This document shows, in pieces, positions 27,131-36,660 of a stretch of 64,000 nucleotides of DNA; the first letter of the stretch is position 1; the number at the start of each line of letters is the position of its first letter. Source of the stretch: an uncultured Myxococcales bacterium (GTDB taxonomy: Bacteria; Myxococcota_A; Polyangia; JAAYKL01); the NCBI GenBank assembly GCA_964458775.1, contig CAYWLQ010000004.1:15526-79525 (forward strand). The letters run 5' to 3'. A program made the position numbers and the translations under genes. The notes beneath the pieces are model-generated. The model made no database searches, was not told where the DNA came from, and was given only the letters and a program-made list of their open reading frames with translations.

Positions 27131-28231
27131 TTAGTTTTTCCCTCTACCGGAAACACCCTTGGTAGCTTTGGTAACAACCTTTGCAGTTTCTTTAGGACGA
27201 AGAGCACGAGCTGATTTGCCGGCTTGCCAAATTTCAGAATTGCCCAAAGCAGCCAGTTCTTTGTCGAGTTGCTCTTTGTAGTTAACTTTGGAGCACGAAC
27301 TGAGCACGCGCTTGGTTTCTTTGCCTGTTTTTACAGATTGATACAGCTCGTTAAAAGTAGGTAGAACGGCTTTTTTAAATTTGGGACGCCAATCCAAAGC
27401 TCCGCGCTGTGCGGTTGCTGAACAATTGGCAAACATCCAGTCCATTCCGTTTTCGTCAACCAGACGAATAAGGCTTTGGGTGAGTTCCTCAACTGTCTCG
27501 TTAAAAGCCTCGCTGGGACTATGTCCGTTTTTGCGCAAAACTTCATATTGAGCGTCCATAATGCCGGCAAGAGCTCCCATTAAAACACCGCGCTCACCTG
27601 TTAAATCGCTGTGAACTTCTTTGTCAAAGGTTGTAGGGAACATATAACCTGAACCGACACCTATACCGAGAGCAAGACAGCGCTCTTTTGCTTTCCCTGT
27701 GTAATCTTGGAAAACCGCAAAGCTGGAATTAATGCCGGCACCGGAAAGGAAATTACGTCGTACTGAGGTGCCCGAACCCTTTGGAGCCACCATAATAACA
27801 TCTACATCTTCCGGCGGAATAACTTTGGTCTGGTCGCGGAATACTATAGAAAAACCGTGAGAGAAATAAAGTGCATCTCCCGGTTTCAAACATTTCTTAA
27901 TTGTCGGCCAAAGCGTTTTCTGGGCTGCATCTGAAACAAGATATTGAATGATCGTTCCGCGAGTAGCTGCTTCTTCAACATCGAAAAGGGTTTCACCCGG
28001 CACCCAACCGTCTTTTTTAGCTCGCTCCCAGTCTTTTTTAAACGCCTTGGATTGACCGATAATTACGTTGAAACCATTGTCTTTGAGGTTTAAAGCCTGC
28101 GCAGGTCCCTGTACACCGTAACCTATTACAGCGATAGTCTCCTTGGCTAACGTTTTACGCGCTTTTACCATGGGAAATTCCTTACGCATAATAACTTCTT
28201 CCTTCACACCTCCGAAATCGATAATTGCCAT
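27131..28231 (-). CDS. ilvC: Ketol-acid reductoisomerase (class I) with about 30-aa Lys-rich C-terminal extension
   Basis: 'IAVIGYGVQGPAQALNLKDNG', 'SHGFSI', 'GERGVLMGA'. The exact start is uncertain (M1 at 28231, M15 at 28189, M21 at 28171). Confidence 0.8.
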   Translation of the reverse strand: MAIIDFGGVKEEVIMRKEFPMVKARKTLAKETIAVIGYGVQGPAQALNLKDNGFNVIIGQSKAFKKDWERAKKDGWVPGETLFDVEEAATRGTIIQYLVSDAAQKTLWPTIKKCLKPGDALYFSHGFSIVFRDQTKVIPPEDVDVIMVAPKGSGTSVRRNFLSGAGINSSFAVFQDYTGKAKERCLALGIGVGSGYMFPTTFDKEVHSDLTGERGVLMGALAGIMDAQYEVLRKNGHSPSEAFNETVEELTQSLIRLVDENGMDWMFANCSATAQRGALDWRPKFKKAVLPTFNELYQSVKTGKETKRVLSSCSKVNYKEQLDKELAALGNSEIWQAGKSARALRPKETAKVVTKATKGVSGRGKN

Positions 28232-28556
28232 TTTTTCTCCTTTCGATCCAACCGCCGGCCAAAAACTGCTGAATGCCGCGGTAGAATTAGCTTTTTTCGG
28301 TTCTGCTTTTTCTAGCCCATATGGGCCAAATAAAACAGAAGTTATGACTCAAACTACAATGAAACAATATTATCAAGTTTTTTTAATAGATATCAATTAA
28401 TGAACTAATTGTTCGACTTTGACTTAGCAGTCGTTCTGATTGACACTCTAACATCCGATTGCTACGCTATGATTGTTTTGTTCGCACATGCTGACAGCTT
28501 TTGAATAGGAATTTTAACAAGTAAGCCGGTTTAAGCCGGAAAGGGAAATACAGGAA

Positions 28557-28931
28557 ATGGATAACACCGTAATCAGCGGTTCAATCAAGATCGAAGGCGA
28601 GCTTATTTGCAATGATGATTTAACTATTTCCGGATCTATAAAAGGTAAGGTTATATCTAAAGGCAATATTAAAGTTGAGGAATCCGGAGATGTTGATGCT
28701 TCAGTAGAAGCCGTTAATTTAGAGGTGGCCGGAAGAGTAATTGGAGATATGACTGTTGAAGAAAAAGTTGAAATTGTAACCGGCGGACATGCAGTTGGAG
28801 ATATCAGCGCCGAACGGATATTAATAGCGGACGGTGCTGTTTTTCGAGGAAACGTGGACATGAGCGCCTCCAAGAAAAATGCGCACGCAATATCAATTGC
28901 GCACGCTTCCTCAAATACAAAACAAAGATAA
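28557..28931 (+). CDS. Bactofilin (polymer-forming cytoskeletal protein, DUF583)
   Basis: Beta-helical repeats 'ISGSIKIEGELICNDDLTISGSIKGKV...VAGRVIGDMTV...ADGAVFRGNVDM'. Confidence 0.75.
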   Translation: MDNTVISGSIKIEGELICNDDLTISGSIKGKVISKGNIKVEESGDVDASVEAVNLEVAGRVIGDMTVEEKVEIVTGGHAVGDISAERILIADGAVFRGNVDMSASKKNAHAISIAHASSNTKQR

Positions 28932-28940
28932 AGGTTCAGT

Positions 28941-29603
28941 ATGAGCGACACAAAAACTATTATTGGTGAAACCTCTATTATTCGCGGAAGTGTGGAGGGT
29001 GATGAAGATCTTGTGATCCACGGAAGGGTCGAGGGCTCCATATCTCTTTCGGGGATGCTTATTGTTGAACAGCAAGGTATGGTCCATGCGGATATAAATG
29101 TACGAAGTGCATTTATACATGGAACTTTGCTAGGAAATATCGAAGCATCAGAAACGGTTTATATCACATCAGGAGGAAGAATGTCCGGTGATATACGTGC
29201 ACCTCGTGTAGTATTAGAGGAGGGAGCTGCCTTTAACGGCAATGTGGACATGGGCGAAATAGACTTCGAAGCCCCCGCTCTGTCGACTAGAAGCAAAGCT
29301 ATGCCGGTTTCCTCAAGGCAGATTGCTCATACCTCTGAACCGGAGCCGGCGGTTCGCACGTCGCGAACTTTTACTACTAAGCCCATTGTTGCTTCAAGAT
29401 CAGCATTGCCCTCCTCCAAGATTGCCGCTGCTGCTGTATCAGATTCTACTGTTCCGACAATTTCAAAAGCACCGGCAAGACCTCCTATGCCTGTTCCGTC
29501 AAGACCTGTAGGTCCCCCGTTTCCGGCAACACAACACGAAAAAAAAGGAGCGCCGGAACCTAAGGTTCGTCCTCTCGGCAGAGCAAAAGCTCGAAGGCCG
29601 TAA
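28941..29603 (+). CDS. Bactofilin paralog with Pro/Ala-rich C-terminal tail
   Basis: 'IRGSVEGDEDLVIHGRVEGSISLSGMLIVEQQGMVHADI...GAAFNGNVDM', followed by a low-complexity P/A/S-rich tail. Confidence 0.75.
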   Translation: MSDTKTIIGETSIIRGSVEGDEDLVIHGRVEGSISLSGMLIVEQQGMVHADINVRSAFIHGTLLGNIEASETVYITSGGRMSGDIRAPRVVLEEGAAFNGNVDMGEIDFEAPALSTRSKAMPVSSRQIAHTSEPEPAVRTSRTFTTKPIVASRSALPSSKIAAAAVSDSTVPTISKAPARPPMPVPSRPVGPPFPATQHEKKGAPEPKVRPLGRAKARRP

Positions 29604-29621
29604 TTGTAAACGAGTGTTTTA

Positions 29622-30260
29622 ATGATTAGACCATTTCGTCTATTTACGCTAATCGCTATTTTTTTATGTATTTCAGCGTGTGCAAACCCAAATGTTGATA
29701 TGGGAACAGATCCTGTAAAAACTCAACCCTCAGACTATTCAAAGCACTTTAAAACTTGGAGTAGAGAAATTCACGTACTGCCTATTGACGGTTTTGAAAA
29801 TGTTCTCACAGCTCGTGCTACGTATCTTAGCTATAGATTTAGAGAGGCCTATATAAGCAAAGTATCTCACGATCTCGATTATTCATTACGTGACAGAGAA
29901 TTGCTGACAACATCAGAAATCGAAGATCTTAATAAAGGTCACGAGTTTTTTATCTCCGTTATGAGTGCAGTAAAGAAGTGTGACAACCTCGATCCTAAAG
30001 ACGGTCCATGGACTATTAGACTGAAAAATGACAAAGGTTTGGAAGTTTCCGCGACATCTGTTACAAAAATAGAAAAACCCATGCCTGATCACATCAAATA
30101 CTTCTTTTTTAATCCGTCTTTCAGAAATGCCTATAGAATAGTTTTTCCATTTAAAACCGAAAAAGGCGAATTATTGATTTCCAATAATGCCAAATATTTC
30201 ATATTGTCGTTTGCAACTGCCTACGGACGAAGTTCAGCCCGTTGGAACATAGCAAACTGA
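29622..30260 (+). CDS. Hypothetical lipoprotein
   Basis: Signal peptide plus lipobox 'LIAIFLCISAC'. Confidence 0.45.
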   Translation: MIRPFRLFTLIAIFLCISACANPNVDMGTDPVKTQPSDYSKHFKTWSREIHVLPIDGFENVLTARATYLSYRFREAYISKVSHDLDYSLRDRELLTTSEIEDLNKGHEFFISVMSAVKKCDNLDPKDGPWTIRLKNDKGLEVSATSVTKIEKPMPDHIKYFFFNPSFRNAYRIVFPFKTEKGELLISNNAKYFILSFATAYGRSSARWNIAN

Positions 30261-30306
30261 AAATGCAAATTTTCAAAAATTTCGCTATTAGAAAATGGTT
30301 ATTAAC

Positions 30307-31380
30307 TTAGCGAGTTGAAGTTGTAATGCTCTTCTTATATTTGGAGAGTTTTACCTCTATGCCTAATGCGATAAACGAAAGCGGCCTAGCCAATATTGCA
30401 ATATTTCTGTCCAGCATTTTTACTACAGGTCTTTGAACTGCAAAACCAAGCAGCCAATCACCTCTGATACTGACCAAGTTGTTGAGTCTTACAGACAAAC
30501 CCAATGACATATTTGGCAATGCAACTAAAATATTTGCATCCTTGCTAATATAAGTTTGGGCAGCAGCTCCCCTCATTCTAAAAAATAGAGGTCCTGCTCC
30601 GATTCCCGTAAAAACTTGCACAGGGGTTTGTTGAGGAAGTAATAGCAAATCAAAACCCAATGACACCAATCCTGTTTTTATGTCAACCGACCCCTCAGGT
30701 TCAGATAGAGTTATGGGTATAGTCGGTATTATACCAGTTATATTAAGTGTAAAATGTTTTGATAGGGTCAATCTGAGAGATACACTTGCACACAAAGCAA
30801 CAGGAATATCTCTAAAATTAAAGCCTGCAGAGACAGCTGTATTCAAACTCAATCTAAGAAATGTCGGTTCCACGTTCTTGTTATTCGTATGGTCAATGTT
30901 AGAATCAACGATATCAGTGTCCTTTATATTGTTTTTTGCATTGTAAGTTAATAATGCTTTTTCGCTATCTGTTGACAAAAGGGCTGCTCGCATCATCTCA
31001 ACGCTTTTTAGAACAAGCAGAGTCTGCGCATCTTCGCGACTTTCAGAAACAGAAATTTCTTGCACTACAGTTAAGGCTGAGGTGTCATCAGCCAGAAGTG
31101 TTACACTATTGCTTAAAGATGAAACCTGCATTACTGCTGTTGCATCATAAATAAACCCTAAATTTCTCAATTGTTCATATTCAAGTAAAGAATCTGTTTC
31201 TACCATTAAAACAGAAAACCCTTGAGAACTTAGTTCTGCTCTGAGCTTGATCGACAGCTTGTCTTGTTGAGGTTGTACGATAACTACTGTTTGTAATGAG
31301 TCTGAAAAAACAGGAATCGTTGTTGTTAGAACAAAACAAACAACAAAAAACACAGACCCTTTGCAACTTATTGTGTTCAT
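30307..31380 (-). CDS. Hypothetical secreted / outer-membrane protein
   Basis: N-terminal signal 'MNTISCKGSVFFVVCFVLTTTIPVFS'. The C-terminal part is beta-rich. Confidence 0.4.
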   Translation of the reverse strand: MNTISCKGSVFFVVCFVLTTTIPVFSDSLQTVVIVQPQQDKLSIKLRAELSSQGFSVLMVETDSLLEYEQLRNLGFIYDATAVMQVSSLSNSVTLLADDTSALTVVQEISVSESREDAQTLLVLKSVEMMRAALLSTDSEKALLTYNAKNNIKDTDIVDSNIDHTNNKNVEPTFLRLSLNTAVSAGFNFRDIPVALCASVSLRLTLSKHFTLNITGIIPTIPITLSEPEGSVDIKTGLVSLGFDLLLLPQQTPVQVFTGIGAGPLFFRMRGAAAQTYISKDANILVALPNMSLGLSVRLNNLVSIRGDWLLGFAVQRPVVKMLDRNIAILARPLSFIALGIEVKLSKYKKSITTSTR

Positions 31381-31454
31381 AAACTGCAACTCATCTATCT
31401 AGATATACTATTTTGTATGTAAAAAAATAAAGATGAACCCCTAATAATTTAAAT

Positions 31455-32645
31455 TTACTGTTGATGTTGAGGGGCAAATTCAGGTCGAAGCTGATAACTT
31501 TCTCGCCACATGGGAGTAAAACCGAAACTGATAAGAGCACCCAAATTATCAGCTGAGGAATGTTTATTGGCAATCACAGGTATCCACATTTTAAGGCCGA
31601 CAGTAAATAATCTTGGAATAACGGTAACATCCAATCCCGGTTCCACTGCAAAAGTAAAATGCCTATATCTATCAGATCTTATTACTGTGCGTTCGCCTAC
31701 CAAGTAGCTAAAATCATCTTCTATTTCAGCATCATCGATTTCAGACCACAGATTTTCAGAGTCATATATATTCCAAGTTGCTTGAGCTACACTGTAACCG
31801 ACATGCAGATTTACAAAAGGCGTAAGACGTTGAAAGGGCCATTGAAATCGCAAAAATGCTCCCATGTTTCCGTAGTATTTGCTTCCTGTATATTTATAGT
31901 AGTTTTCATCATCGTCGGTACTGAAATACAATGATCTGTTTGATGCTCCTGTAAAAGCTGATTTTAGATTGATACCTATTCCCATGAATTTTAAGAACAA
32001 GTATCCGAATTGAATATCAAGCATTATTCCCAAATCCGGATCAAACGGAATATTGTATTGGTCTCCGTACTCACTAATCCAAAATGTTTCCATAGTGGGA
32101 AGACGAAAATTTGGAAATGCAACGCCGAAGCCGAAATTAAGAAACAAACCGGGAGCTTTATTGTTCGGCTCCGGTCTTTCGTACATTATTTGTCTACAAT
32201 ATGACGTTGTCTGACAGGACGGTTCATGGCAATCCACAAGACCGTCGCTATTATTATCAAGGCCGTCGCTACACTGCCATCTCATTTCCGGAATGAATAC
32301 AGGTTTTTCCTCAACAATCGTTTGATCCTGTTCAGCTTCGGATTCGACTTCGGTTTCAGTTTCCGGAAGCCGAACACAAATCGCAAAAATAAGACAATCT
32401 TGGTCATCACAATCTACATATCCGTCACCGTCATTATCAATGCCGTCTCTGCAAGATTCCAAAGTATTTTCAGCAGGCATAACAGTAGTAGATTCTTCTA
32501 CCGAAACTGTCTCAGCCGTCGCTTTGACAGGTTTAACAGTTATTGCAGGTGTTTTTTGAGAAGCTTTTTCCTGAGCATGAATCGAAGTAGTCATAATTGA
32601 AAGACCTACTAACGACAACCAAATAATTCTTCTGAAAAACATTGG
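31455..32645 (-). CDS. Secreted protein with two Cys/Asp-rich metal(Ca)-binding-type motifs and C-terminal outer-membrane beta-barrel-like domain
   Basis: Signal 'MPMFFRRIIWLSLVGLSIMTTSIHA'. Motifs 'CRDGIDNDGDGYVDCDDQDC' and 'CSDGLDNNSDGLVDCHEPSC'. The C-terminal half is aromatic-rich (FGFGVAF...YSVAQATW). Confidence 0.5.
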   Translation of the reverse strand, partial: PMFFRRIIWLSLVGLSIMTTSIHAQEKASQKTPAITVKPVKATAETVSVEESTTVMPAENTLESCRDGIDNDGDGYVDCDDQDCLIFAICVRLPETETEVESEAEQDQTIVEEKPVFIPEMRWQCSDGLDNNSDGLVDCHEPSCQTTSYCRQIMYERPEPNNKAPGLFLNFGFGVAFPNFRLPTMETFWISEYGDQYNIPFDPDLGIMLDIQFGYLFLKFMGIGINLKSAFTGASNRSLYFSTDDDENYYKYTGSKYYGNMGAFLRFQWPFQRLTPFVNLHVGYSVAQATWNIYDSENLWSEIDDAEIEDDFSYLVGERTVIRSDRYRHFTFAVEPGLDVTVIPRLFTVGLKMWIPVIANKHSSADNLGALISFGFTPMWRESYQLRPEFAPQHQQ

Positions 32646-32801
32646 CATTTTTTCTCCTTTTTTTGAAAACAACATTTTCATTCTACTAGAAACGCCGAAA
32701 TAATTGAAAGTTGTTCCTTTAAGAATTAAAAAAAGCCCGGCAAGGTTTATTTAGGTTTATTTTGTTGAACATTAGACAGAAATGCTAAAGGAGAAATAAC
32801 A

Positions 32802-34721
32802 ATGCCGACTGAAAATACTTTTTCATTTGAAGCCGAAACCGGAAGACTTCTTGAGCTAATGATTAGCTCTGTATATTCCGAAAAGGAAATATTCTTACGT
32901 GAGCTAATTTCCAATGCATCGGACGCATTGGACAAACTGAGATTCTCAGCGTTGACCGACCCCTCTCTTTTAGGAAGTGACGAGCTGGAGATTCTTATAG
33001 AGACAGATTCTGAGGCTCGTACTTTAACTATTCGTGATAACGGAATTGGAATGACCGAGGAAGAGGTCAAAGCAAATATCGGTACTATTGCTCGTTCCGG
33101 TACCAGAGAGCTGATAGCCGAGCTCCAGAAATCAGGCGATACAAATGTTCCCAAAGATTTCATCGGACAATTCGGTGTGGGCTTTTATTCCTCTTTTATT
33201 GTAGCGAAGAGAGTAATTTTAGAAACCAAACGAGCAGGAAACGAAGGTTCGGCTTGTCGCTGGGAATCAGAAGGAAAGGGAACCTACACACTAAGCAAGG
33301 GAAATATTGAAAAACCGGGCACTACAGTTACTCTTTATTTAAAAGAAAAAGACGAGGAAAATGGTGTTGACGATTTTACTATGGAGTATGTTTTAAAGCG
33401 CATTGTCAAAGAACATTCTGACTTTGTAAGATATCCAATAAAGCTTAAAGTTCGTCGTGAAGAAGGAGAGGGAGAAAATAAGACTGTTTCGTGGGAATAC
33501 GAAACCTTAAATTCTCAGAAAGCACTATGGTTAAAACCTGAAAAGGATATTACAGAAAACGAACTAAAAGAACTTTATCGTCAAATATCTCACGATTTCC
33601 ATCCCCCTCTTATCCATGTTTCAATGCAAGCCGAAGGACGTCTGGAATATCGTGCGTTGTTATTTATTCCGTCTCGCGCACCAAGAGATATTTTTGTGGG
33701 TAAATACCCTAAAGGACTACAGCTATACGTAAAAAGCGTAAAAATTATGGACAGATGCGAAGATCTTCTGCCTGATTTTTTAAGGTTTGCAAAAGGGGTA
33801 GTGGACTCAGACGATATTCCTCTAAATATCTCTAGGGAAATGATTCAATTTAGTCGTCAGACAAGTCAAATTAGAAGCGCTCTTACCAAAAAAATTCTTG
33901 ATACTTTAGAAAAGCAAAAAAGTGATAATCAAGAGAAATACGTAGAGTTTTTTAAAGATTTGGGGAGTGTGCTTAAAGAAGGTTTGGTGTCTGCCTCTGA
34001 ACATCGAGAAAAGATTCTCGATCTTTTAATGTTTGAATCCTCTGCAGACGAGAAGAAAATGACCTCTTTGGAAGAATATGTTTCAAGAATGAAACCCGAA
34101 CAAAAAGAGATTTATTATCTTTCAGGAGATTCGCGCAAAGCAGTGGAGGCGTCTCCTCATTTGGAAACAGCCTGTGCCAAAGGCTATGAAGTACTATACA
34201 TGATTGACCCGGTCGACGAATTTGTCATTCCATCTTTAGACGAATATAGAGGAAAATCCTTTAAATCAGTTGGAAAAGGGGAAGTTGAGTTCGGCTCTGA
34301 CCTTGAAAAAGAAGAAAACCGTCGTGCACTTGAAAATGTTACCAAGGACTTTGAACCTTTTTTGAAAGCTTTGCAGAAAGAACTAGATTCAGAAGTTTCA
34401 GAGGTTAAGGTATCAGGCAGACTTACGTCTTCAGCGGTCTGTTTGGTAGGCAGCGAGTTCGGTCTTAGTCCTCATGTTATAAAAATGATGGAACAAAACA
34501 AACTTTCTGTACCTAAACAAAAGAGAATTTTGGAAATAAATCCAAAGCATGAAGTAATAGAAAAGCTTCATGCCAGGTTTAAAGTAAGAGTTGATGATAC
34601 TGAACTTTCGGACAATGCAAAGCTGCTTTACAATATGGCGGTACTTGCTGAAGGTTCAACCCCGGAAAATCCGGCAGACTTCTCAAAACTGCTGACCAGA
34701 ATAATGGCACGCGGTCTTTAA
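32802..34721 (+). CDS. htpG: Molecular chaperone HtpG (Hsp90)
   Basis: 'FSFEAETGRLLELMISSVYSEKEIFLRELISNASDALDK' and 'IGQFGVGFYSSF' are canonical Hsp90 N-domain motifs. 639 aa. RBS AAAGGAG. Confidence 0.9.
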   Translation: MPTENTFSFEAETGRLLELMISSVYSEKEIFLRELISNASDALDKLRFSALTDPSLLGSDELEILIETDSEARTLTIRDNGIGMTEEEVKANIGTIARSGTRELIAELQKSGDTNVPKDFIGQFGVGFYSSFIVAKRVILETKRAGNEGSACRWESEGKGTYTLSKGNIEKPGTTVTLYLKEKDEENGVDDFTMEYVLKRIVKEHSDFVRYPIKLKVRREEGEGENKTVSWEYETLNSQKALWLKPEKDITENELKELYRQISHDFHPPLIHVSMQAEGRLEYRALLFIPSRAPRDIFVGKYPKGLQLYVKSVKIMDRCEDLLPDFLRFAKGVVDSDDIPLNISREMIQFSRQTSQIRSALTKKILDTLEKQKSDNQEKYVEFFKDLGSVLKEGLVSASEHREKILDLLMFESSADEKKMTSLEEYVSRMKPEQKEIYYLSGDSRKAVEASPHLETACAKGYEVLYMIDPVDEFVIPSLDEYRGKSFKSVGKGEVEFGSDLEKEENRRALENVTKDFEPFLKALQKELDSEVSEVKVSGRLTSSAVCLVGSEFGLSPHVIKMMEQNKLSVPKQKRILEINPKHEVIEKLHARFKVRVDDTELSDNAKLLYNMAVLAEGSTPENPADFSKLLTRIMARGL

Positions 34722-34871
34722 AAATGCTTCATTCCTGTTGAAAAACAAACGCCTCTATCGACAACTTTGTTGCTGTTTTTTGTCAACCTTGAGAAACAAT
34801 ACAAATCATACAAATTTTATTTACAATGACAACATGCTGAAATAATTTGTTATTAATAACAGCAGTTATTT

Positions 34872-34887
34872 TGGCACAGGCTTTGAT
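34872..34887 (+). promoter_or_regulatory. Candidate sigma-54 (-24/-12) promoter upstream of small lipoprotein gene
   Basis: TGGCACaggctTTGATc matches TGGCAC-N5-TTGCW except C to A at the -12 GC dinucleotide. It lies about 40 nt upstream of the ATG at 34928. Confidence 0.25.
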
Positions 34888-34927
34888 CTGTACAAAGTTT
34901 AAGGAATGTGTTTTTCACAATCGGAGG

Positions 34928-35287
34928 ATGAAGTTGAGCAGTAAAATTAAAGTATTTATATTATGCGCCTTGTCGTTAGTGCTTTCGCTTTCAATTGGGT
35001 GCATGGATACACCTACAGTTCCTCTTCCTCCTCCTGATCTTACTGTTATTAGCAGCACCTCTCCAGACACTGACGGATTTGTCACTGTAGTAGGGGGACA
35101 GACAGCGGCGGAGTCCAACAGCGTTATTCTTTTGTATAATAGTGATACAAAATCAGGTGTAATGGAAACCGCCACAGAAAACGGATCATTTACAGCAAAG
35201 CTTGCTGCATCAGAGGGTAATGTACTGATTTTACAGTATAAAATAGACACAACTGTGTCGTACGAAGAATACATTCTAATAAACTAA
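34928..35287 (+). CDS. Small hypothetical lipoprotein
   Basis: The ATG at 34928 follows a GGAGG RBS. Lipobox 'LSLSIGC'. Confidence 0.45.
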   Translation: MKLSSKIKVFILCALSLVLSLSIGCMDTPTVPLPPPDLTVISSTSPDTDGFVTVVGGQTAAESNSVILLYNSDTKSGVMETATENGSFTAKLAASEGNVLILQYKIDTTVSYEEYILIN

Positions 35288-35308
35288 AAACAGAATAGGA
35301 AAACTGAC

Positions 35309-35857
35309 TTGCTAGACGTTGATATTCACCTGTTCCTGTACCTAAATCGTGCTTTTTCCGGCGAATTTTCCACAGATTTTTTTATGAAAATTACGTATCT
35401 CGGAAACGGTCTTGTCCTTGCTGCTCTTATATTGCCTTTGTTATTTTTTTTTGACAGAACAAAATTTAAAATACACTTATGGCCGTTGGTTCTTTCAACA
35501 GCGCTTTCAGGTTTGATTGTAAATATTATCAAACCGATAGCAGATAGACCGAGGCCTAAAGATTTTTTTGCAAATACTGATGTTGAATTTCATATTCCGG
35601 ACGGTACGCCCTCTGACAAGTCTTTTCCTTCAGGACATACTCAAACTGCTTTTGGAGCTGCAACCTATCTTTCATTTGTATATCCGCCTGCTGCACCGCT
35701 TTTTATAAGCCTCGCAATTTTAACAGGTTTGTCGAGGATTGCTCTGGGGGTTCACTTTCCGCTTGATGTGGTGACAGGTGCATTATTTGGAATTTCAATC
35801 GCTATTTTAGGTTATACAACCTACGGCAATTATGGGACTAAAAAATCTAACGACTAG
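35309..35857 (+). CDS. PAP2-family phosphatase (undecaprenyl-diphosphatase/PgpB-like)
   Basis: PAP2 motifs 'KPIADRPRP', 'PSGHT', 'LGVHFPLDVV'. The apparent start is a TTG at 35309. Confidence 0.7.
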   Translation: MLDVDIHLFLYLNRAFSGEFSTDFFMKITYLGNGLVLAALILPLLFFFDRTKFKIHLWPLVLSTALSGLIVNIIKPIADRPRPKDFFANTDVEFHIPDGTPSDKSFPSGHTQTAFGAATYLSFVYPPAAPLFISLAILTGLSRIALGVHFPLDVVTGALFGISIAILGYTTYGNYGTKKSND

Positions 35858-35874
35858 TATTGAGGGGATTAACA

Positions 35875-36576
35875 ATGCTTTCTTGTGTTGTTCTTTTTGA
35901 CTTAGACGGAACACTAGTTGCCGGACCGCATGGAGAAGAAGGAGCGGGAGTTTATGCTATGAACGCGGCATCACTCGCAATTACCGGAAAGCCGGCTTCT
36001 TTTTTAGGTTCTGACTATGCCGGAAGAACTGATACTCAAATAGCTCGTATGCTCTTAATAGATGCAGGAGTTGAAGAACCGAACGGCAAGTTGATAGACG
36101 CTTTGATTGAATCCTATCTTTTGCATCTCGAATACCGAATACGTGATTTTCCTTCAAGATTATTGGGCAATCCGCGTGCAGCAATTGAAGATTTAAGAAA
36201 AAAGGGTGCAACGGTCGGCCTTGGAACCGGAAATGTTAGAAAAGGAGCTTATTTAAAGTTGGTCAGCGCCGGCATTGGTGATTTGTTTGACCTAAACGAG
36301 GGTGGGTTCGGCGAAGACGGACATACCAGAGCCGAACTGCTGAGAGCAGGCGCGCTAACGCTTAATCCAAACAGTTCTTTTCCTATAATTGTAGTAGGTG
36401 ATACGCCAAGAGATGTGGAAGGAGCTCATGAAATTGGTGCTTTTTGCATAGGCGTTCCTTTTAAGAAAAATGACCGAAAAGCACTTGAAGCTGCAGGAGC
36501 CGATGCAATAGTAGATTGTGTTGACGAAAACATAAGCTGCGTTGTCAAAAATCTGATAAATATTCCCAAAACCTAA
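35875..36576 (+). CDS. HAD-superfamily hydrolase (phosphoglycolate phosphatase-like)
   Basis: Motif I 'VLFDLDGTLV'. Also 'VVGDTPRDVEGA'. The ATG at 35875 follows a GAGGGGA RBS. Confidence 0.7.
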   Translation: MLSCVVLFDLDGTLVAGPHGEEGAGVYAMNAASLAITGKPASFLGSDYAGRTDTQIARMLLIDAGVEEPNGKLIDALIESYLLHLEYRIRDFPSRLLGNPRAAIEDLRKKGATVGLGTGNVRKGAYLKLVSAGIGDLFDLNEGGFGEDGHTRAELLRAGALTLNPNSSFPIIVVGDTPRDVEGAHEIGAFCIGVPFKKNDRKALEAAGADAIVDCVDENISCVVKNLINIPKT

Positions 36577-36595
36577 TTCATACTAACATGACAAC

Positions 36596-36660
36596 TGTCT
36601 CAACCCGGCATGATGAGACAATCTATAACAATTATGATACATAAATGTCTCAATGAGACA
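36596..36660. promoter_or_regulatory. Two palindromic operator-like sites TGTCTCA-N11-TGAGACA (36596-36620) and TGTCTCA-N1-TGAGACA (36646-36660) upstream of the sigma factor gene
   Basis: Perfect 7-bp inverted repeats read directly from the sequence. They lie 130-200 bp upstream of the ATG at 36794. Confidence 0.4.

Noticed and set aside
28514-29041. 175-aa minus-strand ORF overlapping both bactofilin genes
   Set aside because: It is antisense to two well-supported bactofilin CDSs and its translation is low-complexity.
32681-32802. Sigma-32 heat-shock promoter upstream of htpG
   Set aside because: TTGAAA-like hexamers are present but no CCCCAT-type -10 lies at the correct 13-15 bp spacing. 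It is not supported.
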